Assembly (NCBI GenBank): GCA_002269645.1
Contig: NIVC01000917.1
Span: forward strand, 307,722-349,042
Reading direction: 5' to 3'
Length of the DNA: 41,321 nucleotides
DNA from: Macrostomum lignano
Lineage: Eukaryota
Both the position numbers and the translations under genes were made by a program. The notes beneath the pieces are model-generated. The model did no database searches. It was not told the origin of the DNA and worked only from the letters and a program-made list of their open reading frames with translations. Positions 27,967 to 37,773 of this stretch are shown here, piece by piece. Within the stretch, counting starts at the first letter, position 1; each line of letters starts with the position of its first letter.

Positions 27967-28620
27967 GAATGTGTTGGTCTCTAGTTAGGAAGAAAGCAAC
28001 TGGAAATTAGGGAACATCAAGAAATTTAACATACATATTGGTATACAAAAATTTATTTTGGGCTTTTGGTATATATGTTTAATAGTTTTGTGTATGATAT
28101 ATACCAAAAATTAAAGAGTTATATTATCAATAATAGTTACAAGAGTTTTTTATACATACATCAGCATAAAATTTGATAACTTATTAACAAAAAAACTAAT
28201 TTCTATGTTTTTTACAAAGTAAGAGTTTGAATTTTAACAAAAAATGCACAAATTTTACTTTTGCTTTTTATGTATATAAAAAGTTATACAAATATAACTA
28301 TTATATGTATGCATTGATGTGATATTTAAAGTTTGTTTTATTTTGGATTTTATTGGATTTTATGATGCTATTGCTACTACTACTCTAGTTGCAATATATA
28401 GTTATGTAGTTGTAATAACAAATTATAGATATAAGCCTTGGAAAATTAGCTTTTTATGTAGTGCACACTTCAAAATTATGCTCAAATATTCCTATACAAT
28501 TTGACACCTTCCTGATTATAGAGGCAGGCTTGAATATAAATTGTGTCTAAAATTGCTATTTAAATGAATTGCAAAGTTGCCCAAATTAGTTGACAATTGT
28601 TATTGTTATGGGGATCATAT

Positions 28621-29068
28621 AATAGGTCAGCAAACGTTTTTAACTCAAGGGCCAGATAGGGAATTTAGCTCTTTTCTGTGGGCCACATGAGATTAGAAAG
28701 GGAAAGGAAGACAAAAGATAAGAAAAGACAGAAAAGATAGGGAATAGGATGAGAGAAAAGATAAAAGAGGAGAGAAGAGGGTAGAGGAATAGAGGGAAAT
28801 GGAAAAAAGAGAGAAAAGAAGGGAGAGTAGAGAGAAGAGAGAGGGGAGAAGAGAGAAGAAGAAGAGAGAGGGGAGAGAATAAGAGAAGGGTGAGGGGAAA
28901 AAAGAAGAGAAAGGAAAGGGGAGAGCAGAGAGAGAGAAAAGAAAGAGCTGAGCAGAGACACAAACCTTGAGTAGGCCAGATTGCCATTGTGAAGTTTCAA
29001 AAGAACCTTCAGATAGAGAGGCTTTGAAGGCCACGTATGGCCTGCAGGCCAGAGTTTGCCAACCCTTG
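28621..29068. mobile_element. Decayed hAT/Charlie-like MITE with a purine-rich (GA) interior
   Basis: Ends AATAGGTCAGCAAAC and GTTTGCCAACCCTTG resemble CAGGGGTCGGCAAAC-type TIRs; Charlie-like subterminal AAGGGCCAGAT and GGCC..GGCCAGAGTTTG. Confidence 0.6.
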
Positions 29069-29789
29069 ATATATAGTGAAATTGTTATTTTTATGTAGAA
29101 ATCAAAATGGCTATTTGATATCACCATTGGTCCTAAGGACTATAGCCTCAGGTTAACTGTTGCAATATTATTTTGTATGCAAGATTGTATTATCTTGTTA
29201 TCAAGTTGGGCTTATTTAGCGCTGGGGCAAACAATACGAGTAGTACAGGAGTGTCTGTGGGTAAACTAAATCAATCAGAATATAGAATAAGAAATAATTA
29301 ATACATGATAAATGCTTTGGTGCTGCTACAAGACAATAGCATTATTTACTCGATTTCAGGAAAATTAGATTAAGTTGTGGTCAGTGAATATGCTTATAAG
29401 TAGGCTTTTGTACTTTGTGTATGTGTGCGTGTGTGGGGGAGGGGTTCACAATGTCAAAGGCACCTTCCTTCACAATGCCGAAAAATACTGCATGGTTCTT
29501 GTTATATTAAGTTTTTTACTTTGATTTTTTGAGCTTTTAAAATTTCAACCTTGTGAAACTTACTGCTATTCAAGTTCTTGACGTGAAATTTCGGCCTGTT
29601 GAAGCTCCCCTTTGTATCAATTGTCCTTCTGTTCATCGTGAATAACTGTGTGTTGTTCTGCAATTCTGTGCAGCGATTTTGTAAAATCTTTAAATAATCA
29701 AGACAAACAGCAAGTGAAAAGTAAAAAATACTTTGCTCTGCTACACAATATCTTCTAAAGGCAAGCACTCGCTGCCTAAGAGTGAGGTT

Positions 29790-29803
29790 GTTGCTATGGT
29801 TCT
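29790..29803. promoter_or_regulatory. Imperfect X-box GTTGCTATGGTTCT upstream of the ALMS1-like gene
   Basis: Perfect first half-site plus ATG spacer; second half-site degenerate. Confidence 0.3.
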
Positions 29804-30205
29804 AACAGCTTGAAAACCTATTATTCGAAAAGTATTTGCATTTACAGGAGCCAAAGATTGCAGGTCTGACTTGATTAATAAATTGACCAAATTCCAATAT
29901 AGAAGAGAGAAGATTTTGAACTTCATCAAGAGTTGACTGGTTTTAATTGAGGCAAGAATTTCGAATTCAGGAAGCGTATTTGTTAAAATTAAAGATCGAA
30001 ATTTAACTTTATCCACAGCCACAGATTCCGTTTCTTGATAAAATTAATTTCAAAAAACCGTTGGATGAGAAAAGAATGGATAAGATTTTGGAATGAGAAA
30101 CTTCCAAGTCCAGACTTTTGGGGTATCTAGAAGTTCTATGAAAACTCCTTTTATCGCTAGGTTTACTACTGTAAGCAAGCGTTCATGTAAGTTGCAGAAG
30201 TTCTC

Positions 30206-31814
30206 TGTCATAAGTTGACCGTGTCATAAGCTGGCAGTGTCATAAGCTGGCAGTGTCATAAGCTGGCAGTGTCATAAGCTAGCAGTGCCATAAGTTGACC
30301 GTGTCATAAGCTGGCAGTGTCATAAGCTGGCAGTGTCATAAGCTGGCAGTGTCATAAGCTGGCAGTGTCATAAGCTGGCAGTGTCATAAGCTGACCGTGT
30401 CATAAGCTGGCAGTGTCATAAGCTGACCGTGTCATAAGCTGGCAGTGTCATAAGCTGGCAGTGTCATAAGCTAGCAGTGCCATAAGTTGACCGTGTCATA
30501 AGCTGGCAGTGTCATAAGCTGGCAGTGTCATAAGCTGGCAGTGTCATAAGCTGGCAGTGTCATAAGCTGGCAGTGTCATAAGCTGACCGTGTCATAAGCT
30601 GGCAGTGTCATAAGCTGGCAGTGTCATAAGCTGGCAGTGTCATAAGCTGGCAGTGTCATAAGCTACCAGTGTCATAAGCTGACCGTGTCATAAGCTAGCA
30701 GTGTCATAAGCTGGCAGTGTCATAAGCTGGCAGTGTCATAAGCTGGCAGTGTCATAAGCTACCAGTGTCATAAGTTGACCGTGTCATAAGCTGGCAGTGT
30801 CATAAGCTGGCAGTGTCATAAGCTAGCAGTGTCATAAGCTGACCGTGTCATAAGCTGGCAGTGTCATAAGCTGGCAGTGTCATAAGCTGACCGTGTCATA
30901 AACTGACCGTGTCATAAGCTGGCAGTGTCATAAGCTGGCAGCGTCATAAGCTGACCGTGTCATAAACTGACCGTGTCATAAGCTGACCGTGTCATAAGCT
31001 GGCAGTGTCATAAGCTGACCGTGTCATAAGCTGGCAGTGTCATAAGCTGGCAGTGTCATAAGCTGACCGTGTCATAAGCTGGCAGTGTCATAAGCTGGCA
31101 GCGTCATAAGCTAACCGTGTCATAAACTGACCGTGTCATAAGCTGGCAGTGTCATAAGCTGACCGTGTCATAAGCTGGCAGTGTCATAAGCTGACCGTGT
31201 CATAAGCTGGCAGTGTCATAAGCTGGCAGTGTCATAAGCTAGCAGTGTCATAAGCTGACCGTGTCATAAGCTGGCAGTGTCATAAGCTGGCAGTGTAATA
31301 AGCTAGCAGTGTCATAAGCTGGCAGTGTCATAAGCTACCAGTGTTATAAGTTGACCGTGTCATAAGCTGGCAGTGTCATAAGCTGGCAGTGTCATAAGCT
31401 AGCAGTGTCATAAGTTGACCGTGTCATAAGCTGGCAGTGTCATAAGCTGGCAGTGTCATAAGCTGGCAGCGTCATAAGCTGACCGTGTCATAAGCTGACC
31501 GTGTCATAAGCTGGCAGTGTCATAAGCTGACCGTGTCATAAGCTGGCAGTGTCATAAGCTGGCAGTGTCATAAGCTGACCGTGTCATAAGCTGGCAGTGT
31601 CATAAGCTGGCAGTGTCATAAGCTAGCAGTGTCATAAGCTGACCGTGTCATAAGCTGGCAGTGTCATAAGCTGGCAGTGTCATAAGCTAGCAGTGTCATA
31701 AGCTGACCGTGTCATAAGCTGGCAGTGTCATAAGCTGGCAGTGTCATAAGCTGACCGTGTCATAAGCTGGCAGTGTCATAAGCGGGCAGTCTCATAAACG
31801 CAGTTTCATAAGCG
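30206..31814. repeat. 16-bp minisatellite GTGTCATAAGCTGGCA with variants (CTGACC, CTAGCA, TTGACC, CTACCA), about 100 copies
   Basis: Seen directly. Confidence 0.97.
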
Positions 31815-31892
31815 TTTCCTTTTTTAATTTATCCTACTCAGAAGTAGTCACACAGGAATTATAAGTACAATTTCTTCTATTCGTGCTTGCAG

Positions 31893-34800
31893 GACTCTTT
31901 GCAGGCGGAGCCGGGCAGTCCGCTGTCAGCCTCCGCTGCGGCCGATTCGTCGCGCTATCACCGGCTGACGCCGATATCCCCGATCTCACCTGACGACAAC
32001 AACGATGAAGCCAATGACGCTGCCACTGACGTGGCTGTAGTAGGAGGCGACTCTACAATTGAGCATGAGCAGCTTGATCGTCAGCTGAGCAGCAGCGGCG
32101 GCGGAGTCGATTCCAGCGACGTCGCGCATCCGGAGTACCGCGCCCTGCCGCCGTCCTTGGCGGAGCGGAGCACAGTTCTAGCCGACAAGGAGGTGTCGTT
32201 TTATAATCGGACTGACGCTGTCGCTACCGCCGCCCCAGCCAAATGTAACGCGGACGAGTTGGCAAGCGAATTGTCGACTCGAGCTCGGGACCTACTGGAC
32301 GCGACCGCCTATGCCGAGCAAAACGAAGCGGCTAATAATGATAATAACAAATCGTTAGATAGCCGCAGTGCCAATGCTGACGCCAGTGCATCGTTTGACT
32401 ACGATAGTCTGCGCCGGGATCTGGCCAGCATTCAGGTTAACTCAGCGGTTTGAGCCTGTATTTTGACAGGGTTTTGGTTGAGTCATAGAGTAGTTGAGTC
32501 ATAAAGTAGTTGAGTCACAGAGAAGTTAAGTCACACAGTAGTTGGATCACAGAGTAGTTTAGCCACAGAGTAGTTGAGCCATAAAGTAGTTGAGTCATAG
32601 AGTAGTTGAGTCATAAGTAGTTGAGTCATAGAGTAGTTGAGTCATAAGTAGTTGAGTCATAGAGTAGTTGAGTCATAAAGTAGTTAGGTCAGGGGGGCCG
32701 TAGCCCAGCGGTAGCGCAGCTGCTCTGGTGTGCCAGCGACCCATGCTCGATTCCAAGTGCAGTCACATTAATTTGGGGCTGAATTGGAATCTCGGCTTGG
32801 CTCTGCTCGTGCAATTAACGGCCTTGAGAGCCAACCCCCCAAGGCCCAGTGAAGTGTACATGCCTAACGATAATATAAAGTTAGGGCCGCTGTACACTCC
32901 TGTGTGAGTGTGTGCCTGCGTACGTATCCGCGCGCTTGTGTGCCTGCTCAGGGGAGTCGGCGGAATGGGCAGTAATGCCTCTCGCCGGTTGTGTGCCTAT
33001 GTCGCTTAAAGTGCGCCAGGGTGCACACAACCCCCCTGCCTCTAATAAAAAAGTAGTTGGATCATATGGTAGCTGAGTTATAGAGTAGTTGGATCATATG
33101 GTAGCTGAGTCATAGATTAGTTGGGTCATAGGATAGCTGAGTCATAGATTAGTTTATTTATTCCTCATCACGGTGTGATACCAATCCTGTCATGCACGAA
33201 TTCAGGTGAACCAGGTTGTGATTGGTTTCATTCTAACCGATAAATAAAAAATTGTTGAAATCTAAATATACTAAATCTATAAGGTTTGTTTTTATGCTTG
33301 TAATATTGCTAAAAGTGCAATATAATTAACGTTGCAGGCTAGACTAGCTAATCACGGATATCGGCTGCCATTAAGGCAGCATCAGCAGCCATTGTTGCAG
33401 TTGGATTTGCAGCAGCAGCTGCAGCATTTGAACTGGGGTGAATCTACTCAGCCTCGGCGACTCAAATGGGACTACGGCGCCGATTTGGGCGGTCGGCGGC
33501 CCGTTAGCGCCGCATTGGCGCCTCCGCCTAGGACAACGACGGCTGGTCCGGGATCGGGATTCCTGAGCAGTCCGAGTCCCGAATATGAGGGTGCTCGCAA
33601 CTTAGCTGCTGCTGGCAGAACTTCCGGTGCGTGCCTGTGTCGGTTTAAGGGCTCGATTATGTTTTTGCTGCTAGGGTATTTCCCATGACGCTTTAGTTGC
33701 TAGGGTATTTCCCATGACGCTTTAGTTGCTAGGGTATTTCCATGACACTTTAGTTGCTAGGGTATTTCCATGACACTTTAGTTGCTAGGGTATTTCCCAT
33801 GACGCTTTAGTTGCTAGGGTATTTCCCATGACGCTTTAGTTGCTAGGGTATTTCCCATGACACTTTAGTTGCTAGGGTATTTCCCATGACGCTTTAGTTG
33901 CTAGGGTATTTCCCATGACGCTTTAGTTGCTAGGGTATTTCCCATGACGCTTTAGTTGCTAGGGTATTTCCCATGACACTTTAGTTGCTAGGGTATTTCC
34001 CATGACGCTTTAGTTGCTAGGGTATTTCCCATGACGCTTTAGTTGCTAGGGTATTTCCCATGACGCTTTAGTTGCTAGGGTATTTCCCATGACGCTTTAG
34101 TTGCTAGGGTATTTCCATGACGCTTTAGTTGCTAGGGTATTTCCCATGACGCTTTAGTTGCTAGGGTATTTCCCATGACGCTTTAGTTGCTAGGGCATTT
34201 CCTATGAGGCTATGAAGGTATTTTTCTTGATGCTGAAGTTACTTAATACTCGTAGATTTCCTAACACGCTTCATTTGCTTTCGGTTGATTGTGACTTAGA
34301 GATATCTGGAGATATCAGAGATGACGAGGAATAAGTGGAACTAAAGTACACCGCGCACTGTAAACTCTGCAGCCGGCTGGATGAAACTCGGCGATGCAGA
34401 GCCGGATTCGGCCAGATGGGAGGAGGACGCAGTGGCAGCAGCGGCGGCGCCGGACTCGGCCAGGTCGCAGGACACCAGCGCCGACACTCGTGAGTCGACG
34501 CATCCGGGCTCGGACGACGCTCGGCCGCCGGGCTTCCCGGCCGAAGCTTTCGGCAGTCGCCGCTCGCCGCGAGGCAAATCCGCCACTGGCGCAGCCTCCG
34601 CTACTACAGCCAGAGCCAAAAGCTTGTTGTACGCCCGGAGTCCCCGCGATCCGCCGCCGCCTGAAGGCCTTCAAGCGGCCTGGGAACGGTTCCATCGGCA
34701 GGGCAGGCGGTCGGAGCTGCGCCGCCTTCGCCGCGTGCTGGCCGACCCTGTGCAGGCGCTGCTGCTGGACGTCCCCGATCGAGCAGTCGACTGGCCGCCG

Positions 34801-35745
34801 CAGGATTCGGCTGTCGCAGGCTTCGACGTTGACGACGACTCAGAGGTCGAAGTCGGCAGCTGCGGCGGCGGTGGTAGCGGCGTCGACGCGACGACAGCCG
34901 AGCTGCAGGCTGCGCTGCTCCGCCAGCGGGCTCGACTGCTGGAGGCGGTGGCCGCCGAACGGCGTCGCCGGGAACGAGTCGAAATTCTGCGCCGACTAAT
35001 TCAACAGAGGCGTCTGGCCCAGTCTGTAGTTGCTATGGAAAGGACAGATTCGGAAGACGATCGCGAGGACACAACCGTTATTGATGACGCTTTGTCTACC
35101 GATCGCACAGACGCTACGCAGTCTCTCGACGAAATGACGCTTCCGCACTGCGCTGCCAGGGCCGCCGCTGCCATTGATAAAACCGTCGCTAAGGACGCTG
35201 TTGCTAAGGCAAAAGCAATCGACGGCGTCAGCTATAAGCTGAACGGTTCGAGAAGCCAAGCTAAGAAAGAGACTGCTAGTAACGGATCCTCCAAAGTGAA
35301 AAAGGTCTCGGTTGCTAAGGACGCTAATCTGGCTTCTACGGTTGCCGATGACAACGCTGTTGCTGCCAAGCCGCTTAGCTGGTTTCTGCCGCTGTCTAAC
35401 AGCGCCGACGCGGCCGAGAACTCGGCGGCTTGTCGACGTCAACAGCGGGCAGCGGTGCTGGCCGCCAGAAGCCGCTCCCGCCGCGATCGACTGCAGTCGG
35501 CGGCCGCAGCTCGGCAGGCCGTCGCCGATGCCGAGCTTCGCCTTCCGACGCCGCCGCTGACGCAGCCGCAACCGCCGCCGCGAACTGGGTCAGGCCGAGC
35601 GCACACGTCGTCGGTGTCGGCCACTGTCGCCGCCCGCCTGGAGCGGGAGCGCAGAGAAGCCGTCAAGAGGACCAACCGGTTGCGGAAGCAGATCTACGGC
35701 GAACGGCTGCTCCGGTCAGTGCTCAGCCGAGCCGCTGAGCATTGA
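31893..35745 (+). CDS. ALMS1: ALMS1-like centriole/basal-body protein with a divergent C-terminal ALMS motif. Exons 31893-32435, 33338-33626, 34373-35745; candidate first exon 30138-30170 (MKTPFIARFTT)
   Basis: Frame-consistent GT-AG joins (phases 0, 1). LQAAWERFHRQ..ELRRLRRVLADPV resembles the ALMS1 block LW.RF..RQ..L.RL..LL.NP; the C-terminus ERERREAVKRTNRLRKQIYGERLLRSVL resembles the end of the ALMS motif. Recognition is from memory; 5' end uncertain. Confidence 0.6.
32477..33150. repeat. 16-17-bp minisatellite (GA)GTAGTTGAGTCATA in an ALMS1-like intron, split by a SINE
   Basis: Left block 32477-32690, right block 33053-33150. Confidence 0.9.
32692..33052 (+). mobile_element. tRNA-derived SINE, copy B (longest copy, A-rich tail)
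   Basis: GGGGGGCCG start; A box TAGCCCAGCGG at 32701; B-box-like GCTCGATTCC at 32745; modules shared with copy A and the fragments; ends CTAATAAAAAA; flanks AAAGTAGTTAGGTCA / AAAGTAGTTGGATCA resemble a TSD. Confidence 0.8.
33668..34207. repeat. 29-bp minisatellite TTGCTAGGGTATTTCCCATGACGCTTTAG, about 18.5 copies, in an ALMS1-like intron
   Basis: Seen directly. Confidence 0.97.
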
Positions 35746-36049
35746 AGTTATTTTTTAGAGAGCAAAAGACTTTATAAACTACTCGTATAAGTAGTAGAAC
35801 ACGCTGCTTGCTGTTTTATTAGTGATATTAGATCTTTGGAAAAATCAACCGCAGCTCAAAGGCAATTTATCATTAGAATAGATTTCTAGTATTATGGATT
35901 AAAATTGAGTTTAATATAGGCATTTTGCTTGAACTTTTTTGCCGAAATTTACACCTGTATTTTTGTTATATTATCGATTTTTCTGGTGCACTGTAGCATA
36001 AAAAATTATTTTTACTCTTTAGGAGTGCTTTCTGTGTGATTCTAGATTT

Positions 36050-36573
36050 ACTGGGTGTGTGGAATAGGTGTGAGATTGTTGAGTACTGGTGTGTGGAACA
36101 GGTGTGAGATTGATGAGTACTGGTGTGTGGAACAGGTGTGAGATTGTTGAGTACTGGTGTGTGGAACAGGTGTGAGATTGTTGAGTACTGGTGTGTGGAA
36201 CAGGTGTGAGATTGTTGAGTACTGTGTGTGGAACAGGTGTGAGATTGTTGAGTACTGGTGTGTGGAACAGGTTTGAGATTGTTGAGTACTTGTGTGTGTG
36301 GAACAGGTGTGAGATTGTTGAGTACTGGTGTGTGGAACAGGTGTGAGATTGTTGAGTACTGGTGTGTGTGGAACAGGTGTGAGATTGTTGAGTACACTTG
36401 TGTGGAACAGGTGTGAGATTGTTGAGTACTTGTGTGTGTGGAACAGGTGTGAGATTGTTGAGTACTGGTGTGTGGAACAGGTGTGAGATTGTTGAGTACT
36501 TGTGTGTGTGGAACAGGTGTGAGATTGTTGAGTACTGGTGTGTGTGGAACAGGTGTGAGATTGTTGAGTACTT
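36050..36573. repeat. About 34-bp minisatellite TGGTGTGTGGAACAGGTGTGAGATTGTTGAGTAC, about 15 copies
   Basis: Seen directly; unit length varies with the internal TG run. Confidence 0.95.
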
Positions 36574-37032
36574 GAGTGTAAAAAATCAGGCATTTTGAGT
36601 ACAATGAATATACATCATTTCTGTACTTACTATTTTAATTTGCAATAACTAAACTACTATATATATTTTTCTCTTATTCCTGGCGCTCCATAGTTTTGAA
36701 ACCCAAGCCATTCTTAACCAACACTGCGTTACCCTTCCAGAATGCGAAATAGGCTAACACTGCAGGGCAGATTTTACAAGTCGTTATAAATTTACATCGC
36801 TACATACGAGTATATTTATTAGTTATATTTGTACACTCGAACATTCGCACAAGCATTCACAATCATTAGTTTCCTTACAAGAACAAGAGTGAGCAACGTT
36901 ATTCTTTTAACAAATTTAACAAATGTTATCATTTCTGTATACCTGTTATTTTTCCTAATTATAAATAGTGCTTTCTTTGTTGCTTTATTTAATAGATGTG
37001 CTTTATTATCTTCTGTTGTGAGAGAATCCCAC

Positions 37033-37773
37033 TCCTTGACAATCTCCTTCCCTGACAATCTCCTTCCCTGACAATCTCCTTCCCTGACAATCTACCTTAC
37101 CTGACAATCTCCCTACCTGACAGTCTCCCTGTCTGATAATCTCCCTGTCTGATAATCTCCCTCCTTGACAACCCCTCCACTTGAGAATCGCCCCACCTGA
37201 GAATCGCGCCTTGACTCACAATCTCTCCGAGAATCCCCATATTTTTGAGAATCGCCTTGCCTAACATTCCGTATCTGAGAATGGCAGCCCCCGAGAATCG
37301 CTCTACCTGAGAATGGCCCCACCTGAGAATCGCCCCACCTGAGAATCGCCCACCCACCTAAGAATCGCCCCATCTGAGAATCGCCCACCCCATCTAAGAA
37401 TCGCCCCATCTGAGAATCGCCCACCCCATCTAAGAATCGCCCACCCAACTGAGAATCGCCCCATCTGAGAATCGCCCACCCACCTGAGAATCGCCCACCC
37501 ACCTGAGAATCGCCCACCCACCTGAGAATCGCCCACCCACCTGAGAATCGCCCACCCACCTGAGAATCGCCCCATCTGAGAATCGCCCACCCACCTGAGA
37601 ATCGCCCACCCACCTGAGAATCGCCCCATCTGAGAATCGCCCACCCCATCTGAGAATCGCGCCTTGACTCACAATCTCCCTAAGAATCGCCATATTTTTG
37701 AGAATCGCCTTGCCTAACACTTCGTATCTGAGAATGGCAGCCCCCGAGAATCGCTCTACCTGAGAATGGCCCT
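37033..37773. repeat. Composite 16-20-bp array (GACAATCTCC grading to GAGAATCGCC) with a duplicated block of about 120 bp
   Basis: Blocks 37201-37320 and 37654-37773 are near-identical direct repeats. Confidence 0.9.

Noticed and set aside
28640-29127. Leu/Ser/Phe-rich ORFs that look transmembrane
   Set aside because: Minus-strand reading of a low-complexity GA tract inside a decayed MITE.
29502-30022. Two minus-strand ORFs of 88 and 93 aa
   Set aside because: AT-rich, non-ATG starts, no motifs or convincing splice partners.
32692-32760. tRNA gene (also 15791-15860)
   Set aside because: A/B boxes are present but I could not fold a cloverleaf, and both continue into shared SINE body sequence.
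30206-34207. Regular repeat arrays as possible CRISPR loci
   Set aside because: Units are head-to-tail with no unique spacers, no cas genes, and the context is intron-containing eukaryotic DNA.
34315-35738. Alternative-frame and antisense ORFs over the last ALMS1-like exon
   Set aside because: GC-rich shadow frames with no recognisable motifs.
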